The notes beneath the pieces are model-generated. The model saw only the letters and a list, made by a program, of their open reading frames with translations, was not told the DNA's origin and searched no databases. Shown piece by piece: positions 24,401-27,799 of a stretch of 36,315 bases of DNA (its first letter is position 1; each line of letters starts with the position of its first letter). Source of the stretch: an uncultured Methanobrevibacter sp. (GTDB taxonomy: Archaea > Methanobacteriota > Methanobacteria > Methanobacteriales > Methanobacteriaceae); assembly GCF_937906425.1 (NCBI RefSeq), contig NZ_CALCYR010000174.1:1-36315 (forward strand), read 5' to 3'. The position numbers were made by a program, and so were the translations under genes.

Positions 24401-26681
24401 TATTGTAAACATTTAAATCATTACCTGAAACATATAATGCACCTGCACTGCCACCAGTGTTATTGTAGAATCTTAAATCATAAATTTTTCCCTCAACAAG
24501 CCATGGCACGTAAGCTGCACCGCCTGATAATGCTGCGCTGTTGTTTGTAAAGTTACAGTTTGTAATAAGCCAATTCTTATAAAGGTTGTTTAAGTTCTCG
24601 TAGTTGTTACTAAAGAGACTTGTTGCAATAGCTCCACCAGACCTTCCAGCAGAGTTATTGTAGAATTTGATGTTTTGGAAACTTAGATTAGCATCTCCGG
24701 CAGCATGATAGAAGTAGAATGCACCACCATACCTTGCAGCATAGTTGTCTGTAAAGTTACAGTCCCTAATGTCTATGTCATAACAGTAGTCCAAGAGAAT
24801 AGCACCATTTGCGGAAGCATTGTTTCCTTCAAACTTACAGTATCTGAATATTATGCCGTTTCCTCTGTTAATACCGACTGCACTTCCACCATATGAATCT
24901 GAAAGTGTGGAATTGTTTTTTGTAAAATTACAGTATAATATTTGAACATCAGTGTAGGAATTAGCCAGTTGTGCTGAATATAAATGGATTGCTCCACCTG
25001 AACCTGCATAGTTGCTGTCGAAATTATTGTTTGTTATTCTGATGGTTTCTCCATTCCTTGCAAAATAAATGGATCCTCCTTCATTATCCGCATTATTTCC
25101 AGTGAAGTTGGAATTAGTTACAGTGATTGTTTTAGCATTTTGACCAAAGGATAATGCTCCACCGGTTGATCCTGAGTTATCAGTAAATTTACAGGAGTTG
25201 ATTTGAATATTTTCAGGCTCATTGATTGCATAAACAGCACCACCGCTGGTAATAGCTTCATTTGATGTGAAGTTACAATTTGTAATTACCTCATTGGCGA
25301 CTCCATAACCTAAAAAGATACCTGCACCATTATTAGCTTGATTATCTTCAAATATATTATTGGTGAATGAAGTTCCATTTGCATTCCAGTAGATGGCTCC
25401 TCCATTGGAAACACCAGTATTGTTGATGAATTTGGAATTAGTAATCCTTGAAGAATCACTTGCACTATATGGTGCATATAATGCGCCTCCAAAGTATGCG
25501 GAATTGCTGTCAAATACACAATTGTCTACAACAGCCCTAGCTACAGTGTTAAATCTTATAGCTCCGCCTCTACCTTCATCATCTTCATCAGAACTTTCTG
25601 CCTTGTTGCCTGTGAAATTGGAATTTTGGATGTTTACCGGATTGTCAGTCTTATAAATCATGATTGCACCTACAACTTGTCCGGTATTATTATCAAAATT
25701 ACAGGAATTTATTGAAATTGTGCCGAAACTTATGTAAAGAGCAGCCCTATTTGAAGCAACATTTCCAGTGAAATTACTGCCTGTAATTGTACAAGTTTGA
25801 CCGTAGTTGGTATTAGAACCATATATTGCAGAACCATATGTACCAATATTTCCATCAAATCTACAGTTGCTTATGGACAAACCTACATATCTTTGTACAT
25901 ATATTGCTCCACCATAACTACTTGCAGTATTATTTGTGAAAGTACAATTGGAAAAAGTCCATGTTCTGTAAGTGTTACTAGAAGTACCATAAGCGCATAC
26001 AGCCGCACCATTTCCAGAACATAAATTGTTTATAAACTGACAGTTGTTGAATGTCAGGGTACATCTGCTATCTGCATAAACAGCTCCGCCATCATTTTGA
26101 CCAGTTCCAGCATTCCTAAAGATTATATTATTAAATGTAATAGTCCTTTGTCCAGTAATATAAAATATCTGTCCACGAGCATTAGCATCAAGAATATGAT
26201 TATTACCATTTATAGTAAGATCTTTATTAATTGTAATCCTACTATAGTCTGCAGTGTTAGTGCCTACAGTGTAATCTTGTGTTAAAGATTTGGTATTTCC
26301 ATTTTGGTTAATAAGTGTCTGCAAATTAGCAAGAGTATCACTTAACTTATTAGCCCCTAAATTGCTTTCAGATTTTGAACTCGCCTTTACAATCTCCTGT
26401 TCAGAATAACCCTTGTCCTCATTGAGCTCTCCTGAATCATTCTCTCCTATTAAATTACTTGAATCATCGATGGAGACATCCAGATCTTCATCTTGATTCT
26501 CTTCAACAGTCCTAGTATCCGCAATATCATTTGATACAGTATCCTTAACAATATTCGTGTCACTATTATTGTAATCTGAAATTATTGTATCGGATGACTG
26601 ATCATCTATAGCTGATACAGCCCCTATTATTAAAAAGAATAATAGAATTAAAATGATTAAAAAATTCTTTTTGAATTTCAT
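1..26681 (-). CDS. Giant secreted adhesin-like protein (ALP), >=8,893 aa, 3'-partial; GGA-repeat beta-helix head plus Ig-like repeat stalk
   Basis: I translated the minus strand by hand. It starts MKFKKNFLIILILLFFLIIGAVSA|IDDQSSD at ATG 26681 (alternative ATG 26684) behind an AAAGGGGA RBS-like motif. The same frame reads as sensible protein at 14,900-15,000 (LNGRREKTLNSSSQAEDEISELSPGTYDITAIYNGNEYF) and at the window edge (GNDNYLAVENNSEKLIVTS). The ORF track lists no ORF in this frame, which fits a frame with no stop in the window. The AVSA-type signal peptide, GGAIY repeats and Y-x-G-D-x-N-Y Ig repeats are typical of Methanobrevibacter ALPs. Confidence 0.93.
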   Translation of the reverse strand, partial: MKFKKNFLIILILLFFLIIGAVSAIDDQSSDTIISDYNNSDTNIVKDTVSNDIADTRTVEENQDEDLDVSIDDSSNLIGENDSGELNEDKGYSEQEIVKASSKSESNLGANKLSDTLANLQTLINQNGNTKSLTQDYTVGTNTADYSRITINKDLTINGNNHILDANARGQIFYITGQRTITFNNIIFRNAGTGQNDGGAVYADSRCTLTFNNCQFINNLCSGNGAAVCAYGTSSNTYRTWTFSNCTFTNNTASSYGGAIYVQRYVGLSISNCRFDGNIGTYGSAIYGSNTNYGQTCTITGSNFTGNVASNRAALYISFGTISINSCNFDNNTGQVVGAIMIYKTDNPVNIQNSNFTGNKAESSDEDDEGRGGAIRFNTVARAVVDNCVFDSNSAYFGGALYAPYSASDSSRITNSKFINNTGVSNGGAIYWNANGTSFTNNIFEDNQANNGAGIFLGYGVANEVITNCNFTSNEAITSGGAVYAINEPENIQINSCKFTDNSGSTGGALSFGQNAKTITVTNSNFTGNNADNEGGSIYFARNGETIRITNNNFDSNYAGSGGAIHLYSAQLANSYTDVQILYCNFTKNNSTLSDSYGGSAVGINRGNGIIFRYCKFEGNNASANGAILLDYCYDIDIRDCNFTDNYAARYGGAFYFYHAAGDANLSFQNIKFYNNSAGRSGGAIATSLFSNNYENLNNLYKNWLITNCNFTNNSAALSGGAAYVPWLVEGKIYDLRFYNNTGGSAGALYVSGNDLNVYNINFTDNKATTGDGGALSIGSGSSNDFSKFYNLLFTNNSAYGSGGAISGTASNINLTNMNFTANSAGYGGGLYWYGGEGIIIDKQNYINNSANNGGAIDLYNAAKANLTNTVFTNNTATVSAGAVWFNSDNGIVDNCNFTNNSAKSGVGGALYLDSNQQNVKNCNFLNNSAGTNGGAIYDSGRGADNSNTITNCTLENNTAQNGGGAYLNDGRVTQIANSTFKENIASYNGGGAYVLIDTTTAYVDYDLFKGDGIERNSTEKVTGKLGDREFIVESYFLDNDDYDIDWELAIKGFTGTITVYAPSDATKSRNGKVTYKYNFTDEYRTYTYPTDSVPTGDNDFVDGVISFILASEREGNFTVIFGFSEDRYLYKQFNTTFEVFDPRGNFTVLQGLIDAAISRGRTELNLTRSYTYTYDSTQDDYYNDDGQMYINATLIINGNGFTLDALHFSRIFNITADNVVLRNITFVNGVTNYTHRSDGFNEDNLGGAIYCEGANLIIEDCVFENHTSYGSAGAIYGEEDYLTISNTIFKNNRALGQVSNLIDGDKSGGDGGAIGWIGDYATITNCNFTNNTAVRNATFDNSGRGGAIILLNSSNTQICTSNFINNTAEGDAGAIYWYGDANNGTIQNSWFENNTAGRSGGAIHWAGENGTVYNSTFINNTAKNLVQYVVYVEETGGDGGAILWRGTRGNITNCTFISNEAVHNSTCASNNTGGRGGAVFLREAFYCVLEDDIFIDNTAGNLGGAVEFYTGARYGIVNNATFINNTAGSSGGAMYWLGMHGTVSNSVFENNTASGKVHTNTFEANNITGGNGGAIAWHGDNATITKCNFTFNTAVYNANSGFDDKGGRGGAVFIRNSSNSSFLSSNFINNTAGAGGGAIYWYDGADFGVVSDSKFINNSANRSGGAIHWAGADGVISNTVFINNSALNRVQYQVYDEVSGGDGGAVLWRDTGGNITNCTFISNTAVYNENALDPSTGGRGGAVFLRMAENCTLTDNKFYNNTAGNLGGAIEFYEGAKNVVLDRSEFINNTANCSGGAIYWLGTNGTVSNSNFLNNTAVGSLRILMFETEDGNISGGNGGAIAWHGNDATITNCNFTLNTAIADYSESVMNRFNDTGGRGGAVFIRNSSDSEFIGSNFINNTAGADGGAIYWFDGANNGALNNSYFENNTANRSGGAIHWAGADGVISNSTFRYNKALNIVQYQVYEELTGGDGGALLWRDTGGSITNCTFEFNEAIYNSTCASNNTGGRGGAIFLRQAIDCTLSDNVFINNTAGNLGGAIEFYEGAKDGFLNNSVFINNTANCSGGAIYWLGTNGTVANSQFINNTAVGAVRILMFTSEEGNISGGNGGAIAWHGNVANITNCNFINNTAISDYSGNQFNDTGGRGGAVFIRNSSNSHFIGSNFTDNFAGADGGAIYWFAGADNGTIGDSNFLNNTANRSGGAIHWAGENGTVYNSTFSYNKALNLIQYSVYNEYTGGDGGAILWRGTAGNITNCTFTFNEAVFNDTLGYGNNSTGGRGGAVFLREAKNCVLADDVFINNSAGNLGGAVEFFDGAENGTIDNSLFINNTAKRSAGAVYWVGHNGTIHLSNFTNNTATGEVRIDQFEEKIGGDGGAIVWHGDTANLTDSIFINNKAIYNATLKSGGRGGALFLRNSTNASFNNLTFMDNIAGSDGGAIYWYEGAGDGLVNNSYFENNNATRSGGAIYWTGHNGTISHTDFINNTALGEVEIGSIGFGGDGGAVIWTGSEGTIEFCTFNDNDAVHRGGAIYLQKLSDESACENTSVINSSFIFNTAGTNGGAIDWYEGAHNGLVANSSFIDNYANRSGGAIYWNGENGTIANSEFINNDAFGLVNETDRDKGGDGGAVIWTGSYGLIENSTFSLNDAVRRGGAIYLQKANDATECLNTTVNNCTFTNNTAGTNGGAIDWFEGAHYGVLANSTFENNTANRSGGAVYWNGLNGTISNTTFTNNDAHGLVNGTIVDGGDGGAVIWTGSYGIIEYSTFSFNDAARRGGAIYLQKATNEEVCNDTAVNNCTFINNTAGTNGGAIDWYEGAVNGSVSNSVFENNTANRSGGAIYWNGEYGSIINSTFNNNDAHGLVNGTIEDGGDGGAVIWTGSYGLVENSTFSFNDAVRRGGAIYVQKATEDGECLNTTVNNCNFTNNTAGTNGGAIDWYEGAHNGLVANSTFINNTAKDGNGGGIFWNGLNGTIESSTFINNSALGVLDNGESQARGGAAFVEGNYTTVKDSSFDSNYAGNNASAICFEGSYYGKVLSSNFTNNIAGFNAGAICFAQGSMYGEIHDSNFINNTASGNAGAVGFQGSNGNITNTSFINNTALGTRGEGAGRGGATVVLGNNTTYFNCTFDNNVAKRAGGAVFFNGENDSLINCSFTNNKAMDLGIETRQGGYAGAILLTGNGARIENDTFENNSALYSGGAIAVNDTGTAIINSNFTNNTAAELGGAIYWNASVGELNNSRFDYNHAKSGGAIYVGERADNAIINGIVFDHNSASENGGAIFAEGIDDVEILNSNFTYNSADHGGAIYVSDGDDFKVDLSIFENNTARDDGALHWVGKNGTISNSNFTNNSATEDGGAIGLAGESSLIYNVTFTDNSAGVNGGAIVWLGTENDTITNTTFKTNTASNGGAIHWRDGAKGIIANSTFESNIALEYGGAIMIENNTNGSIVNSSFTSNTVGAYVQGNSYGDGGAIYLDNSNGLNITDSNFTKNSAIVSGGSIAANNANNTIMDNINISDSLSDRYGGSITWTNSSNITINNTNISNSSANLLAGAILLNESSANVDNIIIDRSNVNYGRAGAIYANGNITITNAELKNLSSLNDNATAILFDGGNSSLVDSNLSAKNPIVISPDTSVYLTRNNATETETGDYTVYNEGSLWLDKNTFDNVIINLGSIETQTYTVVLDNSSVTVMQGESVVLNASIKDDNNNTIVVPNSFKFDVINGGHTYVDSTYVGKMNYGTLLETNQGLYVVSATEGGLKKNEVKTGLLYVTAETTLNINVEKTNEGQQVDITATLSPNEPFVFAGNVTFTVNGTTYDPVQIQNNTATLTLHDLPAYTYEVSAVFEGDEHHTAANNRTTFIVNLREVDLSISVEDIVYGQTATAIASVPGANGTVTFILNGRREKTLNSSSQAEDEISELSPGTYDITAIYNGNEYFKSTFNETSFTVEKANTTISAIANPESAEYMADQVINVQLNSSATGRVKVVVNGFEPYYADVGANGLAVVNVTSLPIGEYSEINVTYSGDNNFNANETTVAFEVTMKVTPISSFDLNVTTEDIIYGADENIAVSIAGVQGAPAPTGTIKVLVDGEEIGNHSMSNLIFIKVKPSADPEHNVTVIYSGDDIYITKTVTATFKVDLADVSSMVVSAQNIIYRNPETISLFVADDAIGTVTIKLNDVPYGEPIALSGGRASLTIPNGDSNYLQAGEYNVSVTYNGDSNYNPKEYNTSFNVSKAVSDIAVNTTNFNYKEELKFTLNLSAVNASGSVLVQIINANNGSVVKTDTVDMATGTKELSYNDVIDAGTYRVNVEYFNDLNYNNSSNSAYFIIHKIDTSISESSSNIEYGNNEIITINSFDDTVSGTVSLVVNGTYYDPVTITDNKAVFTIVKPNAGEYNFSAIYNGDNNYNSKTINGSFNVSKINSGWTASYDAEIYYGNNLIITINDVESDLTGNFKLYLDEQLLGNRTIGLDELSFTIIKPSADDKHNISIVYSGDINYVIKQIDGSFKVLPAQPEGMAVSASDITFCDDETIEVYVADDATGSIELYLDTVLKDTQTLENGRAIFVLSDLNAKDNYLVQANFISSGNYSNKNVSSSFNVSKAVSNVEVYGRDIRISQDETISVVLTDPKVHGNVNITIRNSSNEIVNSTVIADFTQTDIHGVSSIFENLPLGLYNVTVEYYGDPNYENSTDEYEFVVSFMSVEPIDINFTDTEYVSVITPHDATGNVTITLSTAADTYTFTKNLSEASVDGDIRNLTFDLSYTNVTLPAGRYFVFANYTGDEHFEQTEVKNPFIVDKAVSNIVIEVNDIQYGDDELINVTVYGKNGILIDSGFVTLFIEGTKINQTIPVSNGVARFNASGLVYKDTKYVVNATFNGNNDYNASSELAYFMVNKADIADMTVSPTNISFGTNEIITVTVGDKNASGNVYLVINDSETTVYTSSKVALVNGIAEFTIEGLAIKNYTVVAHYVDDDNYNDKELSADFEVYKIAPTIIISPINITYGAEEVIDITIPNSDVSGNITIKIGEVTKSVNMTGGHGQIVFEGLNVANYYVTASYSGDPNYDDMNNLPVEFVVSQANPAGINIVPSNLTYGNNEIIRVTVLPVEGGVNPTGNVTINVDIGTEIITQTKDLTDGAVSFDLGILNASNYRVFASYNGDVRYRSIAANEPFHINKTVPAMAIELENITYGANEYINVTVSGVDVAGAEKPSMFVSIKVNGTVYEMSKEIGADGVASFTIEGLGAGEYEVNASYSGDTNYNASSISGTFKVSPTDLTLRIDLNDTYYHDEQNLVVYVEGVDSGTVSIVFGDYTKSAAIESGKASFVIQGGDRPYLEVANGYRINITCTPNDPNYGVVETTRTFNVYKSASSIAVSAETIEYLAMENITISLNNYNASGKLNITIRNASSDEIIRSEVIDPFNETSEYIYQVSGLDVGNYTVSLNYTDDHNYLDSNASAEFEVTLINVQLSEVSPDIVYGNDEKINVSISGGATGKVTVTVDGVDLDPVTITEAIAGDRELIFTVSKPGVDSRHNITVTYSGDNNYNTKTITGEFAVSKNDTFEMSEVSPNIDYSENETITITLPNDATGTVYLVVNGSYYTPIGIDENHQAVFNITAPLAGNYEFTAFYSGDGNYTNKSVSGEFAVARNEVTLTQSSAATIVYGADETITVSIDGIEGVLDPTGTIKVLVDEVEIGNHSVSDLVFVMVKPVVDVQHNITVIYSGDNNYNAKTITGAFAVTKAEVVMSEVSPDIVYGADEEITVTIAGDATGTIIVKVNGTQVGETITIATLSEEDKTFTVSKSKPEGGEYTVELVYSGDTNYETKTITGGFVVSPVDPAISEDSPDIVYGADETIAITVPEGASGTLTVTVNNSTGIVDTKVLIIGTDGLEVKLVKPNAGSYTIEIVYSGCANYTTKTITGEFVVSPAAVVIAVENVTINYGDAARVNITVKDTTGQVINGSANITVNGTSKPVTVTNGVAYEDFTALLAGNYVSEVVFTNPNYNTTLAYGTVRVDRATNASLVVIGGDYPYGTIAQVNVSVHGNDDLALSGVVIVTVNNVDYAVILNASGQGTVNITGLASGIYEINATYIGDENYANLVNDTEKLNITKSKIAFVSVDAEDVVYGEDLIATVKLVDDEGKLLNGTVSISIDDGVSWISIEVENGVKDYNFGVRDADDYVINVSFADTYYEPSKVVNSTEVTVSPADVVIAVENITIKYGGVATVNITVKNTTGQLISGSANITVNGENKPVSVIGGIAEANFTGLEVGKYISDIVFEGPNYITTSASGTVTVIRATNATLEVIGGDYEYGTTATISVKVKGNSNEDLTGVVIVKLNGTDYAIVLNSSGEGKLDVAGLASGIYDINATYIGDSNYENVVNNSEKLNITSSKKAYLSITASDVDYGNNVTATIVLVDGEGNNLTGTLNISVEGIGSWENVAIGNGKLEIDLGKWAVGNYTINVVVNEEYDNAPVNDSCDVSVKAVAPVIAVENISIAYGTNARVNITVTGVDGAPLNGTAIITVNGQSETVTVTDGVAEKDFGVLPVGKYVSEVEFTNANYTAASAAGYVNVTKALDAVLEVSGGDYEYGTLANVNVTVKGNDGTMLNGTVVIIVNGTKYAVSVANGIGEVNISGLASNIYDISAEYLGDDNYKAVVNNSEKLNITRSKTAIIDVSAENVIYGDPLIAHIKLLDGEGYNLTGTVQIRIDGGEWIDVTVTEGVGTYDFGSLAVGNYTIDVKFEDSYYDPALVNDTTNASVSLMGDNQLNITVENVDISYGEIAIVNITVIGIDNERLNGKANITVNGTTRDVNVVNGTGQALFENLNAGSYVSNVVFANDNYAPGFASGSVIVRKAQNASLYVSGGSYPYNTSARINVTVTGNDGEFLNGTVLVSVDETTYAITLSNGTGELYIKGLASSTYDISAEYLGDENYKAVENNTEKLHITSSKDAFISVSALDLVYGNNVTATIILVDGEGYNITGFVNITVEGIGSWENVAIDNGKLEIDLGKWAVGNYTINVSFSNDAYDPATVVNGTEVHVYADEVIIKVEDVSIGYGDVAIVKVNVTDINGVGLNGTVSIKVNGTTKNANVLEGVAQADFADLLAGTYVSYVEFSNVNYTSTNGTGSVVVARAVNASLEVIGGEYEYGTVAIVNLTVRGNDGLALSGVVVVNVNDVDYAVVLDENGKGSVEITGLASNRYNIAARYIGDDNYAPVENNTENLIITRSKLAILNVSSQDVIYGKNVIANISLVDGEGYNLSGTVQIRINGGDWIDVSVTDGAGSYNFGKLDAAVYSIDVEFVNASFVPDNVTANTSVTVAKVDSSIDIIVEDVRIYYGENATVNITVTGLEGAPLNGTATITVDGKTIEVDVVDGIGQANFTGLAAGAYTSDVLFINENYDAGFESGTVTVDRAEPTLIVNGGTYVYGYTATVSVEVKGNSNEALTGVVILNVSGISYAIVLDENGEGSVDIDGLASDVYNISARYVGNENYTAIENNTEKLIITSSKVAFIDVTAQDVIYGNNITAVITLVDNETYGLTGTVQIRIDGGDWIDVSVAEGVGTYNFTDLAVDTYRIDVMFNSTAYDPSIVEDSVNVSVKAASAIITVEDVGIKYGDVAIVKVSVKDENGIGLNGTVSIKVNGTTKNVDVIDGFAQAEFEDLLAGTYISFAEFTNANYTAVSGTAAVSVAKANATLEVSGGSYVYGLPAIVNVSVSGNSGEALDGVVVVNVNGMDYAIVLNEGKGNISISGLASDVYEISAKYYGDDNYLAVENNSEKLIVTSSKLAIIDLVSEDVVYGNDVLANISLVDSEGYNITGTVQIRINGGEWIDVSVTDGVGSYNFGKLDVGTYTIDVMFNNTDYDPSIVEDNVTVEVSKASDSKVDIAVENVTIDYGDVAVVNITVTGLEGALLNGTATITVNGHSETVTVTEGIAQAEFAGLEAGNYVSSVEFISNNYETAVASGTVSVAKANATLELTGGEYIYNNPATVFVRVVANGGTLLNGTVVVVVNGTRYAVSVVDGIGDLNITGLASGTYGIEAKFLGDDNYNSALNDSEELIIVKSNKAIIDLSASDIVYGNDLIANISLVDSEGYNITGTVQIRINGGEWIDVSVADGVGTYNFGILDVGTYTIDVMFNSTDYDPSIVEDNVTVEVSKASDSKVDIAVENVTIDYGEVAVVNITVSGLEGALLNGNATINVNGTVKNVTVINGSGQAEFENLSAGDYVSYVEFVSDNYLVANALGSIAVEKASDAVLEVTGGEYVYNTPATITVKVIGNSDEPVYGVVLVRVDGIAYAVELDENGEGSIVINGLASDVYEISAKYMGNDNYLAVENNSEKLIVTSSKLAIIDLVSEDVVYGNDVLANISLVDSEGYNITGTVQIRINGGEWIDVSVTDGVGSYNFGKLDVGTYTIDVMFNNTDYDPSIVEDNVTVEVSKASDSKVDIAVENVTIDYGDVAVVNITVTGLEGALLNGTATITVNGHSETVTVTEGIAQAEFAGLEAGNYVSSVEFISNNYETAVASGTVSVAKANATLELTGGEYIYNNPATVFVRVVANGGTLLNGTVVVVVNGTRYAVSVVDGIGDLNITGLASGTYGIEAKFLGDDNYNSALNDSEELIIVKSNKAIIDLSASDIVYGNDLIANISLVDSEGYNITGTVQIRINGGEWIDVSVADGVGTYNFGILDVGTYTIDVMFNSTDYDPSIVEDNVTVEVSKASDSKVDIAVENVTIDYGEVAVVNITVSGLEGALLNGNATINVNGTVKNVTVINGSGQAEFENLSAGDYVSYVEFVSDNYLVANALGSIAVEKASDAVLEVTGGEYVYNTPATITVKVIGNSDEPVYGVVLVRVDGIAYAVELDENGEGSIVINGLASDVYEISAKYMGNDNYLAVENNSEKLIVTS
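17800..19300. repeat. ~369-372-bp (123-124 aa) intragenic repeat, ~4 copies
   Basis: The ccaccacg motif (RRGGAIY/HRGGAIY) occurs at ~17992, 18361, 18730 and 19102, and the flanking blocks are near-identical. Confidence 0.85.
19250..22850. repeat. ~800-bp intragenic repeat (pairs of ~400-bp half-units), 4-5 copies
   Basis: The RSGGAIHWAG-encoding block occurs at ~20080, 20881, 21691 and 22483. GRGGA recurs about every 400 bp from ~19461 to ~22648. Confidence 0.8.
23700..26340 (-). other. Beta-helix module 1 (pectin-lyase-like / polymorphic-membrane-protein GGA repeats)
   Basis: Cap TLANLQTLINQNG...ITINKDLTINGNNHILDANARGQIF, followed by recurring N-C-x-F-x-x-N-x-A...GGAIY coils. Boundaries are approximate. 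Confidence 0.8.
26610..26681 (-). other. Sec signal peptide of the giant ALP
   Basis: Basic n-region (MKFKK), hydrophobic h-region (FLIILILLFFLIIG), AVSA cleavage motif, then an acidic low-complexity linker. Confidence 0.85.
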
Positions 26682-26689
26682 CATATCCC

Positions 26690-26815
26690 CTTTATCATAT
26701 TTTTTTAAAAATACTTATCAGATTTTTTTTAAAAAGTTTATCAAATTTTTTTTAAAAAATACTTATCAGATTTTTTAAAAATATTTATCAAATTTTTTTT
26801 AAATATTTATCACTT
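26690..26815. repeat. Six-copy 22-25-bp tandem repeat (TTATCA + T-tract/A-tract) directly upstream of the ALP RBS
   Basis: ttatca at 26692, 26715, 26738, 26763, 26785 and 26807, separated by T(6-8)A(3-6) tracts. Confidence 0.85.
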
Positions 26816-26897
26816 TTATTTAAATAATCCACTTTTTTATTCTTAATGTGAGACAATAAAATAGGAAATATCAACTTAAAAAAATTAAATGTCATTA

Positions 26898-27013
26898 TTT
26901 AGCTGAAATTTTCAAAACATTATAATACTTTATAATATATCGCTCGATAATAACTCAATAATCTTTTATTTCTAAAAAGCTTAATTCACATTAAAATTGA
27001 AAATTCAGCTAAA
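26898..27013. repeat. 17/18-bp inverted repeat pair enclosing 81 bp
   Basis: tttagctgaaattttcaa (26898-26915) and ttgaaaattcagctaaa (26997-27013) are reverse complements apart from a 1-nt indel. Confidence 0.75.
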
Positions 27014-27061
27014 AAAGATTATGCCTATGAAACCCCTTTCAATATTGAACCAACATTAAAC

Positions 27062-27140
27062 CTTAAAACTGTCTAGAAAAAAATCTTTTTTTTCAAACAA
27101 AAGCTTAAAACTGTCTAAAAAAATCTTCTTTTCAAACAAT
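27062..27140. repeat. ~42-bp direct repeat, 2 copies
   Basis: cttaaaactgtcta...aaaaaatctt(t/c)ttttcaaacaa occurs twice, with a partial third copy near 27181. Confidence 0.75.
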
Positions 27141-27539
27141 TTCCTCAATTACACATTTCAACACATATTTCATAAAGAATAAAATCTTTTCAAACAATTA
27201 TTAAAAATGTAACTTAATATTATGAACTATCTAAAAAATTTTTTTTCAATTTATTTTTGTCGACTTAATATAAAAATTTCTTAAATGTATAATAGATACC
27301 AGAAATTAAAAAAAATTAATTTCCAACATTTTATCTAACTATCAAAGTTAGAACCTTATGTCACCAATGCGCTTAAGTTTCTCTTAAAAGTTAAATCTTT
27401 ACAAATAACAAAGACTTTAAAAAGACTCCATAACTGTAAAAGATTAAATTAATACAAAGTTAAATCTTTACAATTATAAAAGTCAGCTAAAGAAATTAGA
27501 TCTTTACTATGAAGGCCCAGTCATAACTTTATTAAAAAC

Positions 27540-27690
27540 TTACTAGACCATTAAAAACAATCCAGAACTTAATAAAAAAAAATTACTAGACTATTAAAAA
27601 CAATCCAGAACTTAATAAAAAAAATTACTAGACCATTAAAAACAATCCAGAATCTTATTAAAGATTTCCTAGACCATTAGAACTTTATAA
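27540..27690. repeat. ~43-bp tandem repeat, 3 copies plus a partial copy
   Basis: Unit ttactagac(c/t)attaaaaacaatccagaacttaataaaaaaaa. The sequence between cores is also repeated, so this is not a CRISPR array. Confidence 0.9.
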
Positions 27691-27784
27691 ATCGTTAAAG
27701 ATTTAAACTTCCAATCAAACTTAAAACTTCACACCACACAGAAGTGTACATAAAGCATACATATAATATATAGTACTATAATAA

Positions 27785-27799
27785 TTTATAAAGGTTTCC
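27785..27799 (-). promoter_or_regulatory. Candidate archaeal BRE-TATA promoter facing the ALP gene
   Basis: Minus strand reads GGAAACC-TTTATAAA. The region is very AT-rich, so a chance match is possible. Confidence 0.35.

Noticed and set aside
3744..26285. Dozens of short ORFs (60-180 aa) in the ORF track
   Set aside because: The plus-strand ORFs are antisense shadows of the giant minus-strand gene, and the listed minus-strand ORFs are in a different frame from it. They show no recognisable motifs and recur with the repeats.
27540..27690. Possible CRISPR array
   Set aside because: Whole ~43-bp units are repeated with no unique spacers, and there are no cas genes.
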